64,000 nt of DNA from Lacunisphaera sp. (lineage in GTDB: Bacteria; Verrucomicrobiota; Verrucomicrobiia; Opitutales; Opitutaceae): assembly GCA_029945445.1 (NCBI GenBank), contig JAQSCO010000014.1:161755-225754 (forward strand), in the 5' to 3' direction. Every line of letters starts with the position of its first letter. The stretch's first letter is position 1. Shown here piece by piece: positions 1 to 9,593 of the stretch. A model generated the notes under the pieces. The model worked only from the letters and a program-made list of their open reading frames with translations, ran no database searches and was not told the DNA's origin. Position numbers and translations under genes: made by a program.

Positions 1-1745
1 AGGACGAGGGCGGCCAGCGCCTCGGGATCGGCGGCGGCGTGCCGGCGCCACAGCTCCACGCCCGCCGGAGAGCCGCTGCGCCACAGCGCGAGCGCGACGA
101 GCTTGGCCAGCCGGGGCGGCGCGCCCGCGGGCGGTTGCTCGTGGAGCACCCGGGCGAGAAACAGCCACTCGGCCTCGGGCGGCCGGGCCGGGGCGCCGGT
201 CAGGAGCAGGTTGAAATAACTGGTCAGTCCGAGCGCCAGGGCATCGGGATGTCCCGGCCGGAGCGCGAGCGCGGCGTGCGCCTCGTCCCAGGTGATCCGG
301 TCCGCGCCGGTGCGTTCCGCGGCGAGGGCGACCAACAGGTGGTCCTGCACGACGGTGGACTGGTCGGCGGCACCGAACCAGTTGCTGTAGGCCAGCACGC
401 CGAGCAGCAGCACCACCAGGGAAGTTTTCCAGCGGCCGCGGAAATCATCCGGCCACCACGCACGCGGCGCCGCGACCGCGCCGCCAGCCAGCGCGCACAG
501 CAGCGCGGCGAGCGGCAGGCGGAACCGGGCGCTGACGTAGCCGACCGCGATGCTCGCGGCCACGGCCGCCGCCGTGAGCAGCACGGCACCGCCCAGCGCC
601 CGCGAGGTGCGTGCGAGCGCGAGCCATCCGAGGGTGCCGCCGAGCAGCAGGGCGCCCCAGCCGAGCGGGTTGAAGCGCAGCCACGGGGAGAGCGCCTGGT
701 GGAAGGCGTAGGTCTTGTTGTTATACTGCTCCGCATTGTTCGCGAGGTAGTAGAGCTTGCGCAGCATCAGCCGCAGCCAGGCGGCGGGATGGGCGAGGGT
801 TTCGTGCACGAGCCGGTCGCGCCAGTAACGGTTGAACACGGCGACGCGCAGCGGACCGGTGTCGCCGGTCTCGCGCTGGTAGAGCAGGACGGACTCCATT
901 CGCGCGGGGTTCTCCTGCAACCCGTCCGGCGGCGCGGTGAGCACCAGGGTCTGCGTGTAGTAACGGCCATTGGCGCCGGGGTGGTTGGCCGCCCACAGGT
1001 TGTAGGGCCCCTGCCAGGGCAGCAGCCGGAATTCGCCGCTCACGCGCCAGGACCACGCGCCGGTCGCGAGCCAGAGCGCGCCGCCGGCCGCGAGCGCAAG
1101 GAGCAACGGCCGGAGCTGCGCGCGCCGGTCGCGCCACTCGCCAACTGCGATCAGCCAGACGAACGGCAGCGCCAGCCAGACGAGGAGGAATTGCGGTCGC
1201 ACCAGGGCCGCGCCGGTCCAGGCCAGCGAAAGCCAGCCGGCGCTGCGGCGGGCGCCGGGTTCAGCGCGCCCGGGCAGCGCCAGCAGGCCCGCGAGGAAGA
1301 GGCTGTTCGCCAGCGTGCCGTCGAGAACCTGCGTGGCGTAATGGAGGAGCACGGGGTTGAAGCCGTGCAGCAGGCCCGCGACCAATCCGGCGCGGGGCGC
1401 GCCGAACCAGCGGGCCGCCAGTCGCGCGACGAGCACGGTGTTGAGGGCATGGAGCAGCAGCCCGAGGAAGGTGGCGGCGTAAGGCGCTTTCTCGGATGCC
1501 AGACCGGCCGCACTCAGCCCGGCCAGCACGAGCGGGTATCCCATCGCGCGGTAGAACGGTTCGGGCGGCAGCCGGCCGGCCGCGATCTGCGCGGCGAGCT
1601 GCAGGTTCTCGCGCTCGTCGAGCACGGCGCTCTGGCCAAGCGGCGTGCCCCAATACCAGGCGAGGTGTCCGCCTCCGTAGAGCAGCGCCAGCAGGGCGAT
1701 GATCCACAGCGTGGGACGCGTCAGGGTGCGGGGGCCGGCTTCCAT
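1..1745 (-). CDS. ArnT/PMT-like (GT-C fold) integral membrane glycosyltransferase, 3' end outside window
   Basis: Not in the ORF track because its stop lies outside the window. Manual translation from ATG at 1745 ([57 protein letters not shown]...) stays open to the window edge. Many TM segments, an acidic DE pair after TM1, HGFNP, LVRPQ and SARFRLP motifs typical of GT-C enzymes. Confidence 0.8.
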   Translation of the reverse strand, partial: MEAGPRTLTRPTLWIIALLALLYGGGHLAWYWGTPLGQSAVLDERENLQLAAQIAAGRLPPEPFYRAMGYPLVLAGLSAAGLASEKAPYAATFLGLLLHALNTVLVARLAARWFGAPRAGLVAGLLHGFNPVLLHYATQVLDGTLANSLFLAGLLALPGRAEPGARRSAGWLSLAWTGAALVRPQFLLVWLALPFVWLIAVGEWRDRRAQLRPLLLALAAGGALWLATGAWSWRVSGEFRLLPWQGPYNLWAANHPGANGRYYTQTLVLTAPPDGLQENPARMESVLLYQRETGDTGPLRVAVFNRYWRDRLVHETLAHPAAWLRLMLRKLYYLANNAEQYNNKTYAFHQALSPWLRFNPLGWGALLLGGTLGWLALARTSRALGGAVLLTAAAVAASIAVGYVSARFRLPLAALLCALAGGAVAAPRAWWPDDFRGRWKTSLVVLLLGVLAYSNWFGAADQSTVVQDHLLVALAAERTGADRITWDEAHAALALRPGHPDALALGLTSYFNLLLTGAPARPPEAEWLFLARVLHEQPPAGAPPRLAKLVALALWRSGSPAGVELWRRHAAADPEALAALV

Positions 1746-1877
1746 CCGGGCCAAGCGCACGCGAGGGCGCCGTGCGGGGCAACAGGTTTCTGGCGGAATA
1801 AACCCGGGGCCGCCGGCTCTCACGTCCGGCATCCGCCCGGTTTGCCAAAACGTAATTTCCACATAACTCCTCTCCCC

Positions 1878-2507
1878 ATGAAGCAGTGGCTCCCCCCCGT
1901 CCTCATTCTCCTCGCGACCACCGCGTTCACCGCGACCGGCGGGCTGCGCGCTGCCGATTCCACCATGAAATCCACGAAACCCGCCCCCGCCAAGGATGCC
2001 CTCCAGTGCGCCCCCGGTGAAATCTCCGCCTGCGGCCTGCCCTCGAATGTCGTCATCGACATGAGCAAGGCCCGCGTGCAGCGCCCCGATGCCGAGTGGA
2101 AAAATCTGCTCACCTCGCGGCAATTCGAGGTGGCCCGGAAGCAAGGCACCGAGCCGCCGTTCCAGAACGAATACTGGAACCACCACGCCGACGGCGTCTA
2201 TTTCTCGGTGTGCAGCGACACGCCGCTGTTCGACAGCCGCGACAAGTTCGACTCCGGCACCGGCTGGCCGAGCTTCACCAAGGCGATCGAGAAGGCCCTC
2301 GTCGGCGAGACGACCGACCGCAGCTACGGCATGACCCGCGTCGAGGTGCACTCGAACGTGGACGGCGCGCACCTCGGGCATGTCTTCGACGACGGCCCGG
2401 CGCCGACCGGGCTGCGTTACTGCATCAACTCCGCGTCGCTCCGCTTCATGCCCCGCGCCGAATACGACGCGTGGGTGGCGAAGAACAGCGCCGCCGGTAA
2501 ACAGTAG
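1878..2507 (+). CDS. msrB: Peptide-methionine (R)-S-oxide reductase MsrB with N-terminal signal peptide
   Basis: C-terminal part of ORF 39..2507; likely start ATG 1878 ([12 protein letters not shown]). Motifs [33 protein letters not shown]. Confidence 0.93.
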   Translation: MKQWLPPVLILLATTAFTATGGLRAADSTMKSTKPAPAKDALQCAPGEISACGLPSNVVIDMSKARVQRPDAEWKNLLTSRQFEVARKQGTEPPFQNEYWNHHADGVYFSVCSDTPLFDSRDKFDSGTGWPSFTKAIEKALVGETTDRSYGMTRVEVHSNVDGAHLGHVFDDGPAPTGLRYCINSASLRFMPRAEYDAWVAKNSAAGKQ

Positions 2508-2550
2508 TCGGGCGCCATGGGCCGCCCACCGGCGGGGGCCCTGAAATCGC

Positions 2551-2629
2551 ATGTCAACTAATAGTATACTAAGACCCGGGCGCCGTGACCCGGGATCGGC
2601 CCGGGCTTTAGTATACTATTAGTTGACAT
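2551..2629. repeat. AT-rich 22-bp perfect inverted repeat doublet
   Basis: ATGTCAACTAATAGTATACTAA (2551-2572) and its exact reverse complement (2608-2629) flank a 35-bp GC-rich spacer with three CCCGGG. Confidence 0.95.
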
Positions 2630-2661
2630 TGCCCGGGAGGGAGCCCGCGGGTTTGCGGAGC

Positions 2662-3960
2662 CTATTTCGTTTCGGCCGGCCGGTCCGGCATCCGGATCTC
2701 GGGGTCGTGCTCGGCCTTCCAGCGCATCGCCATTAGAATCCGCTGGTAGCCGCTCGGGTGGTCGAAGAAGATGATCTCCTCCCACTTGCCGGGGGCGAGC
2801 TTGCGGTATTCGGCGAGCTTGAGCGCGGTGCTCGCAAAGCCGTCGGGCTGGCGCGCGGCGTTGAGGCCGAAGATGTCGGCCTCGGCCTCCTGCGTGCGGG
2901 TGAGCGTGTTGCGCATGGGGGTGGCCAGGAACATGAACACGCCGAGCCCGGCCAGGAGCAGCGGCAGGCCGGCGAAATCGTCGATCCCGCGCAGGCCCCA
3001 GCCGGCGCCGAACCGGCGGTTGACCGCGCCGAAAAACCAATGCGAGAACCAGAAGCCGGCGGCGATCAACAGCGAGAGAAAGACGACGCCCTTGTAGCCA
3101 TGGTTCAGCACGTAGTGGCCCAGCTCGTGGCCCATGACGGCCTGCACCTCGGCGGGCGTGCAGCGGTTGAGCAGGTTGTCGTTGAGCGAGACGCGGATGG
3201 TGTTGAGCGCGCCGCTGACGTTGGCGCTGACGCGCTTGGACTGTTTCGAGGCATCAAACTGGTAGACGTTGGTCACCGGCACGCCGTTGGCGCGGGCCAT
3301 CGACAGGATCGGATCGCGCACCTTGGCGTCGGTGAGCGGCGTGTAGTGGTTGAAGAGCGGCGCGACGAACACCGGGGCCAGCACGATGAAGAAGAGCAGG
3401 AAGAACGGCGTGGCGAGCGACGCGCGCACCCACCAGCGCTCCGGGGATTTGCGGATGCCCCGATACAGCAGCGAACCGACGAGGCTGAACACGATCAGCG
3501 CGACCACGAGCCCCTTCACCTGCTCGCCCAGCCAGGCGCCGGTGGTCAGGTTGGACAACCCGAAGCGGTGCTCCCGGATGAAGCCGGTGTAGTAGTCGTT
3601 GGGCAGGTCGAGGAGACTCGAGATGAGCACAAACAGGCCGATGAACAGCACGCCCTGCAGGTAGCGGGCCTGGAACCACCGTTCGGCGAGGTCCCGCAGC
3701 TTCACGGTGACGCGGAACTTCAGCAGGCCCCACGTGATGACGAGGGAGAGTGCCAGATTCCAGACCTGAATGATGTAGCCGCCCTCGAAATAGGCGTCGG
3801 ATTTCGCGCGGGTTTCGGCCGGCAGCGTGTGCAACAGCTTCTCGGTCTCGGCAACCGGATCGAAGGCCGCCGGCGCGGCGTGCGCGAGCGCGGCGAAACC
3901 CAACAGCAGCAAAAGCCAGGACAGCATCCGGGCGGGGGACGGACGGGGCGGGGGTGTCAT
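2662..3960 (-). CDS. M48 family (Ste24/HtpX-like) membrane zinc metallopeptidase
   Basis: HELGH zinc motif, downstream EAEAD glutamate, C-terminal DHPS..RI, several TM helices. Confidence 0.9.
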   Translation of the reverse strand: MTPPPRPSPARMLSWLLLLLGFAALAHAAPAAFDPVAETEKLLHTLPAETRAKSDAYFEGGYIIQVWNLALSLVITWGLLKFRVTVKLRDLAERWFQARYLQGVLFIGLFVLISSLLDLPNDYYTGFIREHRFGLSNLTTGAWLGEQVKGLVVALIVFSLVGSLLYRGIRKSPERWWVRASLATPFFLLFFIVLAPVFVAPLFNHYTPLTDAKVRDPILSMARANGVPVTNVYQFDASKQSKRVSANVSGALNTIRVSLNDNLLNRCTPAEVQAVMGHELGHYVLNHGYKGVVFLSLLIAAGFWFSHWFFGAVNRRFGAGWGLRGIDDFAGLPLLLAGLGVFMFLATPMRNTLTRTQEAEADIFGLNAARQPDGFASTALKLAEYRKLAPGKWEEIIFFDHPSGYQRILMAMRWKAEHDPEIRMPDRPAETK

Positions 3961-4012
3961 GCCCGTATAAATCCGCCGGCGCGGCGCGGCGCAAACCCGA
4001 AGCGGCGCCGCT

Positions 4013-5362
4013 CTACTGATACAGCCAGAATTTCCTCGTCTCCTGCTGGTAGATTCTCGCGCGGTCGGCCCAGTTTTTCAGGAACGACGCAATGTCGATG
4101 CGCGCGCCCTCGCGCTTGAGGGCGTCGTGCCACGCCGTGGACCCGACGTGGATCTTGAAGCTGCGCGCCTCGTCCGTCGTCAGGACAGCGAACGGGTTCA
4201 GCCGCGACCACTTCGCGTCCTGCTTGTGCATGTAGAAGGAAAGTTCGGTCGGATTCCATTTGTCCCAGTCGCTGAGCTCCACGTAGACGCCGGTAATGAG
4301 CTTGTCGTCACGGTCGCGGCCCTGGCGTTTCAGGAACGTGACGCCGGGAATCTTCCAGGCGTCCATGGCCTTGATGATCTCGTCGGGCGCCTTCTTCGGG
4401 AAACCGATGCCGCGGAACGGAAAGTCGCGGCCGATGCCCCAGGTCCAGTCGCTGTTCTGCGTGCCGAGGCCGACCATGGCGTAGCCGATGACCGACTCGT
4501 AGCTCGGGATGTTGGGCGAGGTGGCGACCCACCTCAGGCCGGTGTCGGGCCAGCGCATGGCGCGGTTCCAACCGCGCATCGGGACGACGGTGAGCCGGCC
4601 TTTTTCGCGCACCTTGTCGGTCACGCTCAGGCCGGAAATGGCGCGCGAGCCATCCTTGGTCATTTGCGCGATCTCGCCGATCGTGAGCCCGTGCACATAG
4701 GGCATGCGCGGGTAGGCGCCGACGCCGCTCATGTTCTCCGGGTCGAGCGGCGGGCCGTCGACCTTGAGGCCGCCGAGCGGGTTGGGCCGGTCGAGGATGA
4801 TGACCTCCACGTTGTTTTGGAAACAGGCCTCCATCGCGTGCTCCATCACCACGTTGAACGTGTAGGAACGCACGCCGATGTCCTGCAGGTCGATTACGAG
4901 CGCGTCGAGGCCCTTGAGCTGGGCCGGCGTGGGGCGGATGTTTTTTCCGTAGAGCGAATACGCCGGCAGCCCGGTGGCCGGGTCGATGGTGTCGGCCACA
5001 TGGTCGCCGGCCTTCGCGGTGCCGGAGATGCCGTGCTCGGGGCCGAAGAGGGCGACGAGCTTGGCGTTCGGCGCGCGGCGCAGGACGCTGACCGTGGGCT
5101 CGCCGCGGCGGTTGACGCCGGCGGGGTGGGTAAGCAGGCCGATTTTCTTGCCGGCGATCGCCTTGAAGCCGTCCGCCTCGAGCACGTCGATGCCGAGCAG
5201 GACCGGCGGCAGTTTTTCCGGCGGCGGGACCGGGGCCGCCGCGACAGGCGCGGCCGGTTTTTCCGCGGCCTTGACCGGCTTGCTGGTGCAGCCGAGCAGC
5301 AGGGCAAACAGACTGGCGGCGACGGCTCCTAGGGAAATTTTCATAAGTGCCCGACGGGACAT
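4013..5362 (-). CDS. namZ: Exo-beta-N-acetylmuramidase NamZ (DUF1343) family lipoprotein
   Basis: Motifs ALFGPEHG, YSLYG, DLQDIGVRSYTF, LDRPNPLGG, HGLTIGE, TSPNIP; lipobox LLLGC. Start is 5362 or 5344, not 5887. Confidence 0.87.
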   Translation of the reverse strand: MSRRALMKISLGAVAASLFALLLGCTSKPVKAAEKPAAPVAAAPVPPPEKLPPVLLGIDVLEADGFKAIAGKKIGLLTHPAGVNRRGEPTVSVLRRAPNAKLVALFGPEHGISGTAKAGDHVADTIDPATGLPAYSLYGKNIRPTPAQLKGLDALVIDLQDIGVRSYTFNVVMEHAMEACFQNNVEVIILDRPNPLGGLKVDGPPLDPENMSGVGAYPRMPYVHGLTIGEIAQMTKDGSRAISGLSVTDKVREKGRLTVVPMRGWNRAMRWPDTGLRWVATSPNIPSYESVIGYAMVGLGTQNSDWTWGIGRDFPFRGIGFPKKAPDEIIKAMDAWKIPGVTFLKRQGRDRDDKLITGVYVELSDWDKWNPTELSFYMHKQDAKWSRLNPFAVLTTDEARSFKIHVGSTAWHDALKREGARIDIASFLKNWADRARIYQQETRKFWLYQ

Positions 5363-5479
5363 GGACGTGATTTGGTGAAGGCGCGACCGGCTTGGCGAGG
5401 AGAAACCGGATGGGAAATCCGCGGGCGCGCGGCCCGAGCGCGGGCTTGCGTCCGTCCGTCCGGAAAGTTCTCGTGAACC

Positions 5480-7222
5480 ATGGAACCGCCCCCGACCAAT
5501 CCGGCCGCTCGCATCCGCGGGCGCGCGGTGGTCGCCTGGCTTGCCTTGGTGTTGGCGGTCGCCGTGGTGTATCACGGGATCGGGCGGCACCGCTTCGTCA
5601 ATTTCGACGACCCGGTGTATCTGTTTGAAAACGGGCACGTGACACCCGGCCTGACCGCTGACGGAGTGGTTTGGGCGTTCACCAATAAGGAGACGGGATT
5701 GTGGCAGCCATCGGTGTGGATTGCGCATATGCTGGTTAGCGAGCTGGCCGGGATGCAGCCGGCGCCCCACCTGATGACGAACCTCCTGCTGCATGCACTC
5801 AATGCCGGGCTGCTTTTCCTCCTCCTCAGGACACTGACTGGCGTCACGGGGCGCAGTTTCGTCGTTGCCCTGCTGTTCGCCGTGCATCCGGCGAACGTCG
5901 AGGCGGTGGCATGGGCTTCGCAGCTGAAAAGCACCCTCAGCACGGCATTTTTCCTATTCGGTTTGCTGGCTTACGCCCGTGAGGCGCGCCGTGGCGGTGG
6001 GGTCAGCTTCGTCGCTCTGCTGGCCTTGTTGCTGAGCCTGCTGGCCAAGCCGATGCTGGTCTCGTTTCCGCTGCTGCTGGTGCTGATGGATTTCTGGCCG
6101 TTGCAACGCTTGCCTGCCGAGCGCGGGCGGATGGCGGGTGCCGCGTGGGGCCGGTGGCTGGTGGGCAAGCTTCCCTTCGTGCTGCTGGTGGGCGTGATCG
6201 CGATCCTGACGGTGGTGCCGTGGGATCTGAGTCCGGAAATGCCAGTCGTGCACGGCCCCGAATGGGCGCGCGTTGCAGCCTTGCCGCTCAATTACCTCTC
6301 CTACGTTGGTTGCTTTTTCTGGCCGGCCGGACTGGCGGTGCTTTACCCCGAGAGACTTGATTACCCACCGCTCGTTGAGGTCGGAGCCCTGTTGCTCATG
6401 CTCGTGATCAGCGCGGTGGTCTGGCGGCGGCGCAAGCCGCAACCGGCACTCCTGGTCGGGTGGAGTTGGTTCCTCATCACGTTGGTCCCTGTGTCGGGCA
6501 TCGTTCAGCTTGGTCCGCACGGTCTGGCGGACCGTTACCTTTATGTTCCCGGCATCGGCTTGCTCATCGCCGCGGTCTGGCTCGTTGCCGATGCGCTGGC
6601 CGGCCAGTGGCGCGGATGGCAGCCGGTCCTGGCTGGATTCGCCGTGATGATCAGCGGCGGCCTGGCCCACCGTCAGGTTAGCTACTGGGAAAATTCACTG
6701 ACGCTCTGGCAGCATGCGGCGGCCGTTACCCGGCCAAGTTACGTCAGGCATGTGAATCTCGGCAATGCCCTGCTCGAGGCGGGACGGGAGCCCGAGGCGG
6801 AAGCGGAATTTGTGGCAGCCATCAATCTCCAGGGGAATAATCCGCGGCCCTACGTGAACCTCGCCGTCATCGCGCAACGCCGGGGCGACTTAGCCAAGGC
6901 CGTCGCGCTGTTGCGGCAGGCGCGGGCCCTGGCGCCGGCGGATGCCCGGATCTATTCCAACCTCGGTTCGCTGCTGGATGACCGCGGCGAAAAGACCGAG
7001 GCCCGTGCGCTGCTGGAAAAAGCGGTGCGGCTGCGCCCGGACCTGCTGGAGGCCCGCATCAATCTTGGCGTGCTGCTGGCGCGAGCCGGAAACTTGGATG
7101 AAGCGCTCGCCAATTTTGAGACCGCGGCGCGCCTGAAGCCGGGCGATCCCGCGGTGATGCGCAATCTGCAGCTGGTGCGCCAGCAGCTGGCGGCGCGTCA
7201 GCCCAAGCTCATCCGCGACTAG
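5480..7222 (+). CDS. TMTC-like membrane protein (putative protein O-mannosyltransferase) with C-terminal TPRs
   Basis: NFDDPVY acidic motif, LLFAVHP..VE.V.W, LLAKP, ADRYLY.P, then about five TPR repeats. Confidence 0.8.
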   Translation: MEPPPTNPAARIRGRAVVAWLALVLAVAVVYHGIGRHRFVNFDDPVYLFENGHVTPGLTADGVVWAFTNKETGLWQPSVWIAHMLVSELAGMQPAPHLMTNLLLHALNAGLLFLLLRTLTGVTGRSFVVALLFAVHPANVEAVAWASQLKSTLSTAFFLFGLLAYAREARRGGGVSFVALLALLLSLLAKPMLVSFPLLLVLMDFWPLQRLPAERGRMAGAAWGRWLVGKLPFVLLVGVIAILTVVPWDLSPEMPVVHGPEWARVAALPLNYLSYVGCFFWPAGLAVLYPERLDYPPLVEVGALLLMLVISAVVWRRRKPQPALLVGWSWFLITLVPVSGIVQLGPHGLADRYLYVPGIGLLIAAVWLVADALAGQWRGWQPVLAGFAVMISGGLAHRQVSYWENSLTLWQHAAAVTRPSYVRHVNLGNALLEAGREPEAEAEFVAAINLQGNNPRPYVNLAVIAQRRGDLAKAVALLRQARALAPADARIYSNLGSLLDDRGEKTEARALLEKAVRLRPDLLEARINLGVLLARAGNLDEALANFETAARLKPGDPAVMRNLQLVRQQLAARQPKLIRD

Positions 7223-8355
7223 AATTGCCGCGCGACAGCCGCCGCCAGCAGCTCCGCCGTGCGCGGCAGCGCCTCGGCCAGCGGCAGGCCGGGCGGCGTG
7301 ATGGCATGGTGGGCGCCGTCGGGCGTCACGCCGAGGCTGCCGGCGAAGACGTGCGCGGGTTTGCCGAGTTGCCGCGCCTGATGCACCAATGCCCCCGGGC
7401 CCTTGCCGCCGAGCGACGTGGCGTCGAACCGGCCTTCGCCGGTGATCACCAGGTCCGCCGCCGCGAGACGCGTCGGCAGATCGAGCCAGGCCGACACGAG
7501 CTCGAAACCCGGCACGAGGCGCGCGTTGACCGCGACCATGAGGCCGAAGGCGATGCCGCCGGCCGCGCCGGCGCCGGGCGTGGCGGCGAGGGAGAGCGGT
7601 TGGCCGCACGCCGCGCACAGCAGCGCGGCCATGCGCGCCATCTGCGCCTCGAGCCGCGGCACGTCGGCCGCCGCCAAACCTTTTTGCGGCCCGAAGGTCG
7701 CGGTCGCGCCGCGCGGCCCGAGCAGGGGATTGGTCACATCGCACGCGATGAAGATGGGCGGCAGATCCAGCGTGGGTCGTTCGATCCGGATGATTCGCTC
7801 CCATTGGTCGGGGGTCGGCACCGCGACGGACGTGCCGTCGTTTTTGAAAAACCTGAAACCCAGCGCCGCGAGCGCGCCGAGGCCGAGGTCGTTGGTCGCA
7901 CTGCCGCCCACGCCGAGCAGGATGAGCCCGACCTTCGGCGCGGCGCGCGCGAGCAGTTCGCCCGTGCCGAGGGTCGTCGTGCGCCACGGGTCGCGCTCCT
8001 CGCGGGCCAGCAGCTCGAGGCCGCTGGCCGAGGCCAGCCCGATCACCGCCCCGCGGCCATTCGCCGGCGTTCCGGGCAGGGCGGCGCGCGCGGCCGGCGG
8101 CACGTTGCCCCAGTCGATGATGCCAGTCGGCGCGGGGATTTGCCGTCCGCGCGCGCCGGTGACTTCCGCCAACCCGAGCCGGCCCGCCGCGGCCAAGGTC
8201 AGCGCTTCCGCAAATCCCTCGCCGCCGTCGGTGAGCGGGCAGAGGTCGAGCGTCCAGGCGGGATGTTTCGCGCGCAGTGCGACCGCGGCGGCCTCGCCGG
8301 CCGCGCGGGCGGAGAGGGCGTCCTTGAATTTGTCGAAGGCGACGAGGACGCGCAT
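7219..8355 (-). CDS. glxK: Glycerate kinase (GlxK/GarK family)
   Basis: VAFDKFKDALSA, PLTDGGEG, GGSATND.G.G, GAGAAGG, ITGEG.FD..SL.GK. Confidence 0.92.
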   Translation of the reverse strand: MRVLVAFDKFKDALSARAAGEAAAVALRAKHPAWTLDLCPLTDGGEGFAEALTLAAAGRLGLAEVTGARGRQIPAPTGIIDWGNVPPAARAALPGTPANGRGAVIGLASASGLELLAREERDPWRTTTLGTGELLARAAPKVGLILLGVGGSATNDLGLGALAALGFRFFKNDGTSVAVPTPDQWERIIRIERPTLDLPPIFIACDVTNPLLGPRGATATFGPQKGLAAADVPRLEAQMARMAALLCAACGQPLSLAATPGAGAAGGIAFGLMVAVNARLVPGFELVSAWLDLPTRLAAADLVITGEGRFDATSLGGKGPGALVHQARQLGKPAHVFAGSLGVTPDGAHHAITPPGLPLAEALPRTAELLAAAVARQF

Positions 8356-8358
8356 GGG

Positions 8359-8437
8359 TCAAGGTTTCAAGGGTCAGGTATCAAGTGACAAGGCGAAGGC
8401 GGGCAGCTCCTGATACTTGGAACTTGCTACTTGTTAC
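8359..8437. repeat. Imperfect inverted repeat with heptamer-periodic arms (NNCAAG[T/G])
   Basis: Left arm tcaaggt-ttcaagg-gtcaggt-atcaagt-gacaagg (8359-8393); right arm reverse complement aacaagt-agcaagt-tccaagt-atcagg (8409-8437). Confidence 0.7.
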
Positions 8438-9507
8438 TTCGCGCGCGGCAGCGCGCGCCGGGCCGCGGCGGCCTGCGCGAGTTTTTCCAGCAGGGGCACG
8501 GTCTCCTCGAAGCCGAGGCACCCGTCGGTGATGCTCTGCCCGTAGGTGAGTTTCCGGCTGGCCTCGTGGGTCTGGGCGCCGCCGACCAGGTTGCTCTCGA
8601 GCATGAAGCCGATGATCGCGCGCTCGCCGCCCGCCACCTGCGCGGCGAGGTCGGCTGCGACCAGCATCTGCTGCTCGTGCTTCCTGCCGCTGTTGCCGTG
8701 GCTGCAGTCCACCAGCACGACCGGCAGCGCGCCGGATTTCTTCAACAGGTCCGCCGCCGCGTGCACGGACGGCCGGTCGAAGTTCGGGCCGGTGCGGCTG
8801 CCGCCGCGCAGCACGAGGTGGCACTCGGGGTTGCCGGTGGTGGCGAGCACCGCGGGCGCGCCTTCGCGCGTGAGCGAGGGGAAGCAATGCGGGTGCCGCG
8901 CCGACACGATGGCGTCGACCGCCACCTGCAGGTCGCCGTCCGTGCGGTTCTTGAAGCCCACGGGCATCGAGAGGCCCGACGCCAGCTCGCGGTGGATCTG
9001 GCTCTCGGTGGTGCGCGCGCCGATGGCGGCCCACGAGACGAGGTCGGCGTAATACTGGCCGAGCGTCGTGTCGAGGAACTCGGTGCCGATGGGCAGGCCG
9101 GCGGCGTTGATGTCGAGCATCAGCCGGCGGGCGAGGCGCAGGCCGTGGTTGACCTGGAAGCTGCCGTCGAGGTGCGGGTCGTTGATCAGGCCCTTCCAGC
9201 CGACGGTTGTGCGGGGCTTTTCAAAATAGACGCGCATCACGACCAGCAGGTCGCGCGCGAGGCGGTCGGCCACCGGCTTGAGTTTCTTCGCGTAGTCAAG
9301 CGCCGCCGCCGGGTCGTGGATGGAGCAGGGGCCCACGACGGCGATCAGGCGGTCGTCGCGGCCGGCGAGGATGTCGCCGACGGTCCGCCGGGCAGACTGC
9401 ACCAGCGCGGCGCCGGCCTCGGGCAGTGGCAGATCCTCCTCGAGGATCGCCGGCGAAAGGAGCGGGCGGGCGGTGCTGATGCGAAGGTCGGCGGTCGGCT
9501 GGCGCAT
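8434..9507 (-). CDS. aroG: DAHP synthase, class I-alpha (AroF/G/H type)
   Basis: GPCSIHD, RVYFEKPRTTVGWKGLINDP, AIGARTTESQIHRELASGLS, DCSHGNS, YGQSITDGC. Allosteric subtype cannot be assigned by eye. Confidence 0.93.
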   Translation of the reverse strand: MRQPTADLRISTARPLLSPAILEEDLPLPEAGAALVQSARRTVGDILAGRDDRLIAVVGPCSIHDPAAALDYAKKLKPVADRLARDLLVVMRVYFEKPRTTVGWKGLINDPHLDGSFQVNHGLRLARRLMLDINAAGLPIGTEFLDTTLGQYYADLVSWAAIGARTTESQIHRELASGLSMPVGFKNRTDGDLQVAVDAIVSARHPHCFPSLTREGAPAVLATTGNPECHLVLRGGSRTGPNFDRPSVHAAADLLKKSGALPVVLVDCSHGNSGRKHEQQMLVAADLAAQVAGGERAIIGFMLESNLVGGAQTHEASRKLTYGQSITDGCLGFEETVPLLEKLAQAAAARRALPRAK

Positions 9508-9593
9508 GGTGAAAGATCAGTGAACGCACCCCGCCGGAAAAGGCACGGAGATTTTCGTCGCACCCCGCCGCGGCCGGCCGGTAGCTTCCGCGG

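Noticed and set aside
39-1877. N-terminal 613 codons of the 822-aa plus-strand ORF
   Set aside because: Shadow of the minus-strand glycosyltransferase; Arg/Gly/Ala-rich with no motifs. Only the part from 1878 is MsrB.
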